Origin: Macrostomum lignano
Taxonomy: Eukaryota
DNA length: 64,000 nucleotides
Assembly: GCA_002269645.1 (NCBI GenBank)
Contig: NIVC01001649.1
Location: 1 to 64,000, forward strand
Direction: 5' to 3'
Position 1 is the first letter of the stretch; the number at the start of each line of letters is the position of its first letter. The notes under the pieces were generated by a model. The model did not search any database. It saw nothing but the letters and a program-made list of their open reading frames with translations, and was not told the origin of the DNA. Shown here in pieces: positions 12,271 to 24,880 of this stretch. The position numbers were made by a program, and so were the translations under genes.

Positions 12271-12702
12271 TTTCAACCAGACGGCTAGAGCAAAAGTACA
12301 AGATGCAATCCACCAATTTACGTCATAAAACTGGCAAACTTAGGCATCCAAAAGGTGTGATTGAGTCGCAGCCCAAATTACGAGACTTTTTAGTACAGGT
12401 AACACTATAAAACGCGCAGACGCCTGTCAAAACAGTTTGGTGCGCAACCGCCCCGAGGCCAGAGAGTGTCCGACGGGCGTCATAAAACCCATTTACAGCC
12501 TCGGAAATCCCCGAAAGCTGGAACGCGGCCAGACAGGCGAAGTCGGAGGGCAAGGCGGGGTTGAAAGCTAAATCGCCTGTAAATTATTCAATAATATTCT
12601 TTGCCGCAACCGGCTCGCCGCCCGCACCGGCCTTTGAAGTTGGTGGCCGGGCCTCGCCTACATTTTATAATTTAAGATGCGCTCCCCTCTTTGCTCTCCT
12701 CC

Positions 12703-12948
12703 CCTGTCCTCCCCTCTCCTCTCCTCTCCTCTCCTCTCCTCTCCTCTCCTCTCCTCTCCTCTCCTCTCCTCTCTTCTCTCCTCTCCTCTCCTCTTCTCTC
12801 CTCTCCTCTCCTCTCCTCTCCTCTCCTCTCCTCTCCTCTCCTCTCCTCTCCTCTCCTCTCCTCTCCTCTCCTCTCCTCTCCTCTCCTCTCCTCTCCTCTC
12901 CTCTCCTCTCCTCTCCTCCCCTCCCCTCTCCTCTCCTCCCCTCTCCTC
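12703..12948. repeat. (CTCCT)n microsatellite
   Basis: About 48 copies. Confidence 0.97.
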
Positions 12949-13607
12949 TTAATCTACAGGAGTTCGCAATAAATCCTTCTAAACAAATCCCTTAGCTCAG
13001 CGTTTACTCAACCGCGCCCCCGTCTGTCAGTCACGGTGCAAGTTCTTCCTGCAAAATTTATGACAGCCACTGCCGCTTCAGTGTTGTGTATTTATAAAAT
13101 TGCACTTTTAAACTATGCTACTGAAGCAGAGACACTTGGCAAATTGCCAGATTTTTTAGGCTGTTCTGAAAAAAATCAAATGCGTCGAACGCTTGTTTCG
13201 CAATTCAACGAATGAGCTTTGAAGTCTGGCTTTTTTGTTGCGCACAATGTCCACTTATTGCAGGCTCCTTGAAAAGCGCAGACAGGCAGGCAGACAGGCA
13301 GGCAAGCAAAAATGACACCCACGCATTCACTGCTGCTGAGCTCCACTTGCTCTCTCCACCTGTCCCACCCTCCGCCTCGCCACCACTCCACTGTGCGCGA
13401 TCGCTCCGGGCCGCGGAATGGAGAGAAAAATGATTTATGACTGGTGGCGGAGAGTTATTATAATTCCGCTATGACGTAGACAGACACTCTGGAAGGCAGG
13501 AGTTCGACTGAATGTCTGCAACCCTTAGCCTCGGACCGCTGCGCCGCACTGTAATCTAGTCTGCTGTGCTGTGCGGTTCGCTGGGATATATACGCCTAGC
13601 AGAACGG

Positions 13608-14465
13608 TCTGGGTCTGGGTCTGAGTCTGGGTCTGAGTCTGGGTCTGAGTTTGGGTCTGGATGTGGGTCTGAGTCTGGGTCTGAGTCTGAGTCTGAGTTT
13701 GGGTCTGGATGTGGGTCTGAGTCTGGGTCTGAGTCTGAGTCTGAGTCTGGGTCTGGGTCTGGGTCTGAGTCTGGGTCTGAGTCTGAGTCTGAGTCTGAGT
13801 TTGGGTCTGGATGTGGGTCTGAGTCTGGGTCTGAGTCTGAGTCTGAGTCTGGGTCTGGGTCTGGGTCTGAGTCTGGGTCTGAGTCTGGGTCTGAGTTTGG
13901 GTCTGAGTCTGAGTCTGAGTCTGAGTCTGGGTCTGGGTCTGGGTCTGAGTCTGGGTCTGAGTCTGGGTCTGGATGTGAGTCTAGGTGTGAGTCTGAGTCT
14001 GAGTCTGAGTCTGAGTCTAGGTGTGAGTCTGAGTCTGAGTCTAGGTGTGAGTCTGAGTCTAGGAGAGTCAGTCAGGGGGGAGAGTCAGTCAGGGGGGAGA
14101 GTCAGTCAAGGGGAGAGTCAGTAAGGGGAGAGTCAGTCAGGGGAGAGTCAGTCAGGGGGAGAGTCAGTCAAGGGGAGAGTCAGTAAGGGGGAGAGTCAGT
14201 CAGGGGGAGAGTCAGTCAGGGGGAGAGTCAGTCAGGGGGAAAGTCAGTCAGGGGGAGAGTCAGTCAGGGGGAGAGTCAGTCAGGGGGAGAGTCAGTCAGT
14301 CAGGGGGAGAGTCAGTCAGGGGGAGAGTCAGTCAAGGGGAGAGTCAGTCAGGGGGAGAGTCAGTCAGTCAGGGGGAGAGTCAGTCAGGGGGAGAGTCAGT
14401 CAGGGAGAGAGTCAGTCAGGGGGAGAGTCAGTCAGGGGGAGAGTCAGTCAGGGGGAGAGTCAGTC
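13608..14465. repeat. Compound array: 6-bp G(A/G)GTCT repeat (13608-14060) fused to a 16-bp GAGAGTCAGTCAGGGG repeat (14062-14465)
   Basis: Two adjacent tandem arrays. Confidence 0.95.
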
Positions 14466-14914
14466 CAGCTGGAGAACTCTGTCAAAACGAATGAACTCAG
14501 AAGCACAAAAGAAACAGAAAGCGTGACAGAGACAGCCGCAGCCCCGCCAACCCTACAGAAAACGCAAGGGCAATCGATAATTTCAGCCGGTGTTTAAGCT
14601 TTGCAACAGCAGAGCGGCCGGGGTTGCTGCCGCAACAAGCAGAGAATTCAGGCTGGAAGATTCGAGCTGAACAAGTGTTTGCAGTTGTCTGCCAGAACGC
14701 GGGGCTTCAGCCCTCCTCCGCCCTGTCCGAAAAGAATTATTTGGCCCGCTGTCAGACTACAGGCCAAGCCACTACACTGTCCGGGCTGAGTAGCAGGGGC
14801 AGGGCAGCAATGCGTTTTCTTTTATCCAGGCCAGTTGTTGCTTCCAGGAGCAGCATAGTCCGACTTGTAGCGCTTAAAGTTAATTGGGAGATAATTAGGT
14901 CACGGGAATTGAGA

Positions 14915-15500
14915 GAGAGAAATAGACCTGAGTCAGAAAGAAATAGACCTGGAGAGATAGAAATAGACCTGAGATAAAGAAATAGACCTGAGAGATAGAA
15001 ATAGACCTAAGAGATAGAAATAGACCTGAGAGAGATAGAAATAGACCTGGAGAGATAGAAATAGACCTGAGAGAGATAGAAATAGACCTGGAGAGATAGA
15101 AATAGACCTGAGAGATAGAAATAGACCTGAGAGATAGAAATAGACCTGAGAGAGATAGAAATAGACCTGAGAGAGATAGAAATAGACCTGGAGAGATAGA
15201 AATAGACCTGAGGGATAGAAATAGACCTGAGAGATAGAAATAGACCTGAGAGATAGAAATAGACCTGAGAGATAGAAATAGACCTGAGAGATATAAATAG
15301 ACCTGAGAGAGATATAAATAGACCTGAGAGAGATAGAAATAGACCTGAGAGATAGAAATAGACCTGAGAGAGATAGAAATAGACCTGAGAGAGATAGAAA
15401 TAGACCTGAGAGATAGAAATAGATCTGAGAGAGATAGAAATAGATCTGAGAGAGATAGAAATAGACCAGAGAGAGAAAGAAATAGACCTGAGGGATAGAA
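14915..15500. repeat. 19-21-bp minisatellite GAAATAGACCTGAGAGATA (about 28 copies)
   Basis: Tandem copies in Src intron 3. Confidence 0.96.
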
Positions 15501-16301
15501 ATAGGCGCAGAAATCGTGACAGAAAGGGCTCACGAAAGCAGGCTAAGGCGGATGTCATGGCGGTACCAGTGGAATTCATTTTGCAGCACTGGGCACCAGC
15601 AGCTCTGCAAAGCCCTAAGCTGGAGAATTATTGGGCCATAAAACTGACATCCACTAGGATTTATAAAACTCTGCGGGTTCAGTCGGCGGTGAGATCGGCG
15701 GTGAAGCTTCACTTCATCTCAGCGCTACGCGGTGCAAAAGGTCACGCGAGGACGCCCCCTCCACCCTAGTCATCTGAACAGCCAGTGGGTCAGAAAGTGA
15801 GCAAATTCCCTGCCGTGAAAATCGGCAAATCTTTAGTAAGCAAAATCTTTCAACGCTTGAATTCCGTAACGCTAATTCTGTCAATCCATTGTGCCAGAAA
15901 AGAGATCTGCAGAGGTTAAGCAGGGGCTCCGACCCGCCCCCCTCCCGCCTCAGTAGGCATGAGTGGCGGACCGATTTGCTTTCTTTGTGGCACAGATGTT
16001 GCGGATTCCATTGCTAAGAAAGCCAGGCAACTGTTTGCTCAGATCGGAGCTGGCAGGGGGGTTCCAGTTGTCCGGTAAGGGAAATGACAAAAGCGTTATT
16101 GACAGCCCGAGTTGCGCCATTTTGCCTCGGATTTAAGCGTCTCAAAAGGCTTTTTAGGGCCTTAAATCAGTTCTTATTGGAGCCCTAAATCAAGTCAATT
16201 TGGCGCCCTAAATGAAGTCAAGTTGGGCCCTAAATCTGGCTAATTTGGTGCCCTAAATCAAGTCAATTCGTTACCCTTAATAAAATAAATTTGCCGCCCT
16301 A

Positions 16302-16595
<294 letters not shown>

Positions 16596-16614
16596 CTAGA
16601 GGCTTTCAGCGGAC

Positions 16615-16770
16615 ATTGTGAAGCTTCAGGTGTCATCAAGGGTCTTCAGAGGACTTTGAAAAGCTTCAGGTGTCATCAAGGGTCTTCAGAGGACTTTGAA
16701 AAGCTTCAGGTGTCATCAGGGGTCTTCAGAGGACTTTGAGAAGCTTCGGGTGTCATCAAGGGTCTTCAGG
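16615..16770. repeat. 39-bp repeat AAGCTTCAGGTGTCATCAAGGGTCTTCAGAGGACTTTGA (about 4 copies)
   Basis: Tandem copies upstream of the Src exon 3 acceptor. Confidence 0.9.
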
Positions 16771-17422
16771 GGACTTCCGCGTCATTCGAGGACGCCATGG
16801 TTTTCAGGGGGACTTCAGAAGAGTCAGGATATCTGGTGGAGCTTCTATGAAACTCAGCCTCGAGGATTAATGGGACAGAATTTTAATCCTGATAAAAAAT
16901 AATTAGACAGTGAACATAATTAACGGATGGCCAATGCGCCAAATAAACTGCATCTGAGTGACACTGCTGACAATAAAAGTACATTATTTCAACAGCTAAA
17001 CTTCAGTGTTAAACTGAAATAAAACCAAGCGGACGGATAGCCATGGGGGTCAGGCAATGCAAGCGGTGGGGGCAGCGAGACTGAGGGGCAGCCTCATCCT
17101 CATTCCGGCGGATTTCCCAGCTACCAGCGCAAGCCCGAGGGGCGAGTGGGCAACTGGGAATAGGCTCTCGGCTTCCCATGCGGATCTTCCCCGCGCTCAT
17201 TTTTCCCACCCTCCCGGGGAGCATTCAGCTGTAGCGCTGTGCGGATAAAGTGCGTAGAAATGTTTTCTTGGCCCGCTGCCAAGGCCAGCGAGGGCTGGGA
17301 TGAGAAAACCTGAGGGGTCACAGAGCAGCCTCGCTCAGAGTGCAGCAGCGTTAGAAACTTTCTCATCCTGTAATCGCAGTTTTGCTGTCTGTCAGTTATT
17401 CTGCCTTAGCACCTGTCTTTTG

Positions 17423-17700
17423 CCTGTCTCAGTGCCTGTCTCAGTGCCTGTCTCAGTGCCTGTCTCAGTGCCTGTCTCAGTGCCTGTCTCAGTGCCTGTC
17501 TCAGTCTGTCTCAGTGCCTGTCTCAGTGCCTGTCTCAGTGCCTGTCTCAGTGCCTGTCTCAGTGCCTGTCTCAGTGTCTGTCTCAGTGCCTGTCTCAGTG
17601 CCTGTCTCAGTCTGTCTCAGTGCCTGTCTCAGTGCTTGTCTCAGTGCCTGTCTCAGTGCCTGTCTCAGTGTCTGTCTCAGTGTCTGTCTCAGTGCCTGTC
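17423..17700. repeat. 12-bp minisatellite GTCTCAGTGCCT
   Basis: About 23 copies; reverse complement of the 49.2-50.5 kb array family. Confidence 0.96.
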
Positions 17701-18174
17701 TGCCCCTCCCCACGCCGTTCTCATCTCTTCTCCGACCTATGTGATCTGCAATTCCCCTAAGCTCCTAAGCCCAGAAGCGCTCTCCCCATCTTGTTCCGCT
17801 CTGCGCCGGAGGCAGGAGACGCTGCGCTGCCCCAAAGCCGCAGGGACTCGCGAGGACCGCAGGACTGGGGAGTCCGAGTTCTGCGACGAAAAGGGGACCA
17901 GCAAAGGAACGAGAGCTCGAAGGGAGAGGATGAAGCAGAATACATAAAAAATGGGTCTTGCTTTTTCTGGGCAGGCACTATCTCTCCCCAACTTCTATAC
18001 CATCAGCCTCCGGGGCTTTTTGATGAAGATCGAAGTGAGAGAGCGCAAGAGCGGAGACGAGAGTCGATACGAGTAACAGCAAATTAATGACCTTAAACTG
18101 TGCTTGACACTGAACACTGAATGGCCATTATGACCGGAATTCGTTTCTGTCCGAATGCCTATGACCAGATATTA

Positions 18175-18760
18175 CCTATAACCAGATACTGTCTATGACT
18201 AGATACTGTCTATGACTAGATACTGACCATGACCAGATACTGTCTATGACTAGATACTGACCATGACCAGATACTGTCTATGACTAGATACTGACCATGA
18301 CCAGATACTGTCTATGACTAGATACTGACCATGACCAGATACTGTCTATGACTAGATACTGACCATGACCAGATACTGTCTATGACTAGATACTGACCAT
18401 AACCAGATACTGTCTATGACCAGATACTGTCTATGACTAGATACTGTCTATGACTAGATACTGACCATGACCAGATACTGTCTATGACTAGATACTGACC
18501 ATGACCGGATACTGTCTATGACTAGATACTGACCATGACCAGATACTGTCTATGACTAGATACTGACCATGACCAGATACTGTCTATGACCAGATACTGA
18601 CTATGACCAGATACTGACTATGACCAGATACTGACTATGACCAGATACTGACTATGACCAGATACTGACTATGACCAGATACTGAATATGACCAGATACT
18701 GTGTATGACCAGATACTGACTATGACCAGATATCGACTATGACCAGCTGCTGACTATGAC
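18175..18760. repeat. 17-bp minisatellite ATGAC(T/C)AGATACTG(TCT/ACC)
   Basis: About 34 copies with alternating variants. Confidence 0.96.
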
Positions 18761-19247
18761 ACTGAATGAAATGCTGACTGAATTGAGTCACTAGTGACTA
18801 AAAAATTGGATGTTGAGTTTTATACATTGATTAAGATATTGAATTTATCAACATTTAATTAAATCAATCTGAATCGAGATAGAATGAGCGGGAAAATGTC
18901 CCAAGAAAGGATATCAAATTAAAAATACTTAAATTAACGGGCTAATTAAAATATTGTCTGACTTTACAACTGAGACATATCTGTAATAAATACCTGCACT
19001 GCCCAGCTTTAATGCGCTTTAAATCAATAATTGACTGGACAATCAAACCAATTTTACGACTTTGAATTTGAAATTAATTAACCACAGTTCCAAGCGCCAA
19101 CTGCGATGCTATTTTTAGACAGCGTGTCACAATATGGTGGAGAAGGACTTTATTAAAGGACTTTAATACACTTTACTATTTGTATAGTAATTAATTAACC
19201 CTATTCCTCAATGATGCGGCACCATAACTATATCCTTTAGCAGAGTA

Positions 19248-20250
19248 ACAGCTCTGACTCTCACCTGACTAACAGCTCTGACTCTCACCTGACTAGCAGC
19301 TCTGACTCTCACCTGACTAACAGCTCTGACTAGCAGCTCTGACTCTCACCTGACTAACAGCTCTGACTCTCACCTGACAGCTCTGACTCTCACCTGACTA
19401 ACAGCTCTGACTCTCACCTGACTAGCAGCTCTGACTCTCACCTGACTAACAGCTCTGACTCTCACCTGACTAACAGCTCTGACTCTCACCTGACTAACAG
19501 CTCTGACTCTCACCTGACTAACAGCTCTGACTCTCACCTGACTAACAGCTCTGACTCTCACCTGACTAGCAGCTCTGACTCTCACCTGAAAGCTCTGACT
19601 CTCACCTGACTAACAGCTCTGACTCTCACCTGACTAGCAGCTCTGACTCTCACCTGACTAACAGCTCTGACTCTCAACTGACTAACAGCTCTGACTCTCA
19701 CCTGACTAACAGCTCTGACTCTCACCTGAAAGCTCTGACTCTCACCAGACTAACAGCTCTGACTCTCACCTGACTAGCAGCTCTGACTCTCACCTGACTA
19801 ACAGCTCTGACTAGCAGCTCTGACTCTCACCTGACTAACAGCTCTGACTCTCACCTGACAGCTCTGACTCTCACCTGACTAACAGCTCTGACTCTCACCT
19901 GACAGCTCTGACTTTCACCTGACTAGCAGCTCTGACTCTCACCTGACTAGCAGCTCTGACTCTCACCTGACAGCTCTGACTCTCACCTGACTAACAGCTC
20001 TGACTCTCACCTGACAGCTCTGACTCTCACCTGACTAGCAGCTCTGACTCTCACCTGACTGACAGCTCTGACTCTCACCTGACTAACAGCTCTGACTCTC
20101 ACCTGAAAGCTCTGACTCTCACCTGAAAGCTCTGACTCTCACCTGAAAGCTCTGACTCTCACCTGACTAATAGCTCTGACTCTCACCTGAAAGCTCTGAC
20201 TCTCACCTGATTAGCAGCTCTGACTCTCACCTGACTAACAGCTGACTCTC
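19248..20250. repeat. 24-bp (and 20-bp variant) minisatellite CTGACTCTCACCTGACTAACAGCT
   Basis: About 40 tandem copies in Src intron 2. Confidence 0.97.
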
Positions 20251-21114
20251 ACAGAGACCATCGGCAGAGAAGAAGAGAACTGATGTATTTACTCAGTGCA
20301 GCAGCATTGTACGGAGGCTCGTGAAGAAAAACAGAGAACAGAAGAATGAGAGCCAGGGGAGTGAATGCGTGAAGGAATCAATGAATGAAGAGCAAGTCAA
20401 AGGGGGGACCGAGAGAATGGCAACTACAATCCCAGCGGAACTGCAGCCTCAGAAGCGGCAAGAAAAGTGCAGTACAAAAGCCAAAGCCAAGGCTTAGGCA
20501 TTAAAAAGTTCACCAAAGCCCCGCAGTGCAGGCATTTCAGCGAAGGCACAATGATAACTGCGGCATCAATACAGCCCTAGGCTGGCCCGCAGATCCTAAC
20601 GCAGCTGATAAGAAGAAGGCCAGACAGTCTGATTTAGTTTGAATGGCAAACTATCATAAATTTGACTGATCAGCCGGTGCGCGCACAGGTGGGAGGGGAA
20701 CCAGCGGACAGCTCAGGCACTGACGGCTTGGCATCAGTGCCACAAGACTGGTACAGGGTGCTTCCAGCCCGGAAGCAGCGGGGATGGCGGCGGGTCCGGG
20801 AGGAGCCCCAGCCGAGTGCTATCTGACCCGCTTCAATCAGCCCCCTTATCTCGCCGCCTGCCACTAAATCCAAGCAAGCAGCACATTAGTTTGGCCAGCT
20901 GCCAAATGGAAGTCCCAGGAATGCCTGTTCGTATTGCCTTCGAGGTGTTTTAGTGCCTGCTAACATTTATTTCCCAGTCGGGCGTAAAGCTTTGGCCCAT
21001 CTAAGAATGAAAACCTGCGGAGCTCTCCGTAGGCGAGATTTCTGCTAATAAAAACGCTTTACTCTATCAACTGGTTCCAGCCGGTTGTTGGCGTTATCTG
21101 TCCAAGGTTATTAG

Positions 21115-21780
21115 GGTTACCGGTGGAAGGTTACTGGGGTTACCGGTGGAAGGTTACTGGGGTTTCTGGTGGAAGGTTACTGGGGTTACCGGTGGAAGGT
21201 TACTAGGGTTACCGGTGGAAGGTTACTGGGGTTACCGGTTGAAGGTTACTAGGGTTTCCGGTGGAAGGTTACTGGGGTTACCGGTGGAAGGTTACTGGGG
21301 TTTCTGGTGGAAGGTTACTGGGGTTTCCGGTGGAAGGTTACTGGGGTTTCCGGTGGAAGGTTACTGGGGTTACCGGTGGAAGGTTACCAGGGTTTCCAGT
21401 GGAAGGTTGCTAGGGTTTCCGGTGGAAGGTTACCAGGGTTTCCGGTGGAAGGTTGCTAGGGTTTCCGGTGGAAGGTTACCAGGGTTTCCGGTGGAAGGTT
21501 ACCAGGATTTCCGATGGAAGTTTACCAGGGTTTCCGGTGGAAGGTTACTAGGGTTTCCGGTGGAATGTTACTAGGGTTTCCGGTGGAAGGTTACTAGGGT
21601 TTCCGGTGGAAGGTTACCAGGGTTTCCGATGGAAGTTTACCAGGGTTTCCGGTGGAAGGTTACTAGGGTTTCCAATGGAATGTTACTAGGGTTTCCGGTG
21701 GAAGGTTACTAGGGTTTCCAATGGAATGTTACTAGGGTTTCCGGTGGAAGGTTACTAGGGTTTCCGGTGGAATGTTACTA
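21115..21780. repeat. 23-bp minisatellite GGTGGAAGGTTACT(G/A)GGGTT(A/T)CC
   Basis: About 29 tandem copies. Confidence 0.96.
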
Positions 21781-21950
21781 AGGTTGCAGGTCACTGGGGA
21801 TACCGGTGCAAGGTCACTGGGGGTGAACATGCCGAGTTACTGGGGCTACTAGGAAACACTGGACCACCCAAAAAGCTACCAAACGCGCGCCAATGCAGCA
21901 AAACTTCAGAGCACAAGCAAACAGCAGCTGCCAAATTCCTAGGGCTTCAC

Positions 21951-22049
21951 CTGTTCGCATCCAGCGAGTTCTGCGACGCCACCAGAGCCCTGGGCACGTA
22001 GCCCCGAACTTTGGTTCTCCAGTGGTCCACCAGCCACCAGTCGGTTTCT
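21951..22049 (-). CDS. Src42A: Src-family kinase exon 2: second half of SH3
   Basis: Acceptor ttgctttgcag|, translation (V)ETDWWLVDHWRTKVRGYVPRALVASQNSLDAN(S), donor AG|GTGAAG. 99 nt, phase 2-2, matching both neighbours. Confidence 0.88.
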
Positions 22050-22124
22050 CTGCAAAGCAAGGATGAGCATCAAATGCAGTGAGATCTCTCGCTTTTGCGA
22101 TATTATGTTTATAGATATGGGATC

Positions 22125-22925
22125 ATACTTATGGGATGGGATCACACCTGTGGGATGGGATCATACTTATGGGATGGGATCATACCTGTGGGATGGGATA
22201 ATACCTGTGGGATGGGATCATACCTGTGGGATGGGATCATACCTGTGGGATGGGATCATACCTGTGGGATGGGATAATACCTGTGGGATGGGATAATACC
22301 TGTGGGATGGGATCATACCTGTGGGATGGGATCACACCTGTGGGATGGGATCATACCTGTGGGATGGGATCATACCTGTGGGATGGGATAATACCTGTGG
22401 GATGGGATAATACCTGTGGGATGGGATCATACCTGTGGGATGGGATCACACCTGTGGCATGGGATCATACCTGTGGGATGGGATCATACCTGTGGGATAG
22501 GATCATACCTGTGGGATAGGATCATACCTGTGGGATGGGATCATACTTATGGGATGGGATCACACCTGTGGGATGGGATCATACCTGTGGGATGGGATCA
22601 TACCTGTGGGATGGGATCATACCTGTGGGATGGGATCATACTTATGGGATGGGATCACACCTGTGGGATGGGATCATACCTGTGGGATGGGATCATACCT
22701 GTGGGATAGGATCATACCTGTGGGATAGGATCATACCTGTGGGATGGGATCATACTTATGGGATGGGATCACACCTGTGGGATGGGATCATACCTGTGGG
22801 ATGGGATCATACCTGTGGGATGGGATCATACCTGTGGGATGGGATCATACCTGTGGGATGAGATCATACCTGTGGGATGGGATCATACCTATGGGATAGG
22901 ATCATACCTGTGGGATGGGATCATA
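22125..22925. repeat. 19-bp minisatellite GGGATCATACCTGTGGGAT
   Basis: About 42 tandem copies starting about 75 nt from the Src exon 2 acceptor. Confidence 0.97.
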
Positions 22926-24099
22926 GCAATGGGATCATAAACGGGGCGGAGTTTCAGATCACAGCTAAATTAAAGCCAGCTTCTAATTTCCTACGAATAC
23001 AACGAAAAACTGCTAACTAAAAAGGTCTCACTCAGCTATAGCTCAGTTTTGATTGCCCCGTTGCCATGGGAACATGATGGCGCTCCCACGCCTCTCCTGC
23101 AACCAGATAGGAGAGAAAGAAGAGGGATCCTGGAAGCAGATTTTGCTGCAGCTCAAGTAGAAGGCGGCCTTAATTAACTATAATTTTTTCACTGTCTGTC
23201 AGTCAGATTCCTGCCGACAGTTAATTTAGAATTTTTGTTTTTCTCCCAGACAGCCGAATTGCTGAGGAATCTGCGCCCGGAGCCCTCCCACGTGCAGCGA
23301 GAGGGCGAGAACGGATCGCTGAGGCATATTGAGCCGGGCTTGCAACAGAGGATGCCAAGAACTGCCACCCACGCACTGATCTGACGGGAACGCTCTGGGG
23401 GAGCTGAGGCGCGCAAAAGAATAGCATTAAATAGAATAGCTGGCGGAGACAAAGGGAATGAACTGTATTGAGGCTTCGCGCGTGCGTGGGATAAAAAAAG
23501 TAGAGCCGGGAGCATTTCTCTTTACCTGGCTGTTGGCCAGAGTAAACAGAGCCGGCAGTGGGCGGCATTGGGGACCTGCATGGCTGCTCCAACAGTGTTT
23601 CTGTGCCCCCCCCCAAGACTTTTGAGTCGCCAGCAGTAAAGTACTCAAATAATTCTTGAGTGGGTTTCAGGACAAGCAGTACAAGCGGGGGTCGCCCACT
23701 CAGCTTAGCGGATCAGTGGTGCCCAGACAGGAGGTGTCGGCGGCGAAAATCTGCGCCAAGGAGGCACAGCTGGCCGCTCTTAAGCAGGGGTGGAGGGGCT
23801 CAATTCCCTGGCAAAGTTTTACTCGTATTTACTGAGATGCATTCTTGAAAAGTGCACCGACTGCTGTGGGGGGGGGGCAGCGGTGGCGCATGTCAACTGC
23901 ATGCCCTTCGAAAATATTTCTGGAAAGCCAGAAGTGCCGTGATTTGTACTTTTTCATTGCTCGTGAAAAGCACGCGGTGATCCCATATCTAAGCGCGTCT
24001 TACAAGAAGTTTGGCGTTTGCCCAAAGACAGGAATTTCATCAGGGGATTCCGGGTACGAGAGGAGTCTATAAATTAGTGTGTCACTTTCTGCCTCTCAG

Positions 24100-24880
24100 T
24101 CTGCCCCTCTCGTCCTTTCTCTGCCCCTCTCGCCCTTTCTCTGCCCCTCTCGCCCTTTCTCTGCCCCTCTCGTCCTTTCTCTGCCCCTCTCGCCCTTTCC
24201 CTGCCTTTCTCGCCCTTTCTCTGCCCCTCTCGCCCTTTCTCTGCCCCTCTCGCCCTTTCCCTGCCTTTCTCGCCCTTTCTCTGCCCCTCTCGCCCTTTCC
24301 CTGCCTTTCTCGCCCTTTCTCTGCCCCTCTCGCCCTTTCTCTGCCCCTCTCGTCCTTTCTCTGCCCCTCTCGCCCTTTCCCTGCCTTTCTCGCCCTTTCT
24401 CTGCCCCTCTCGCCCTTTCTCTGCCCCTCTCGCCCTTTCTCTGCCCCTCTCACCCTTTCTCTGCCCCTCTCGTCCTTTCTCTGCCCCTCTCGCCCTTTCC
24501 CTGCCCTTCTCGCCCTTTCTCTGCCCCTCTCGCCATTTCTCTGCCCCTCTCGTCCTTTCTCTGCCCCTCTCACCCTTTCTCTGCCCCTCTCGCCCTTTCT
24601 CTGCCCTTCTCGCCCTTTCCCTGCCTTTCTCGCCCTTTCTCTGCCCCTCTCGCCCTTTCCCTGCCCTTCTCGCCCTTTCCCTGCCCCTCTCGCCTCTTCT
24701 TTGCATCTCTCACCCTTTCTCTGCCCCTCTCGCCCTTTCTCTGCCCCTCTCGCCCTTTCTCTGCCCCTCTCGCCCTTTCTCTGCCCCTCTCGCCACTTCT
24801 CTGCCCCTCTCGCCCTTTCTCTGCCCTTCTCGCCCTTTCTCTGCCCCTCTCGCCATTTCTCTGCCCCTCTCGCCCTTTCT
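24100..24880. repeat. 21-bp minisatellite TCTCTGCCCCTCTCGCCCTTT
   Basis: About 37 tandem copies. Confidence 0.97.

Noticed and set aside
13566-14186. Ser/Glu/Gly-repeat ORF resembling a dentin or silk-like protein
   Set aside because: It is a hexamer microsatellite antisense within Src intron 3, with no splice or start context.
21115-21780. Telomere-like TAGGGTTT motifs
   Set aside because: They are embedded in a 23-bp unit; there is no (TTAGGG)n run.
23250-23384. Plus-strand exon-like segment with a strong acceptor (TAELLRNLRPEPS..ALI*) inside Src intron 1
   Set aside because: Only 44 codons, no convincing in-phase upstream exon, and no recognisable homology.
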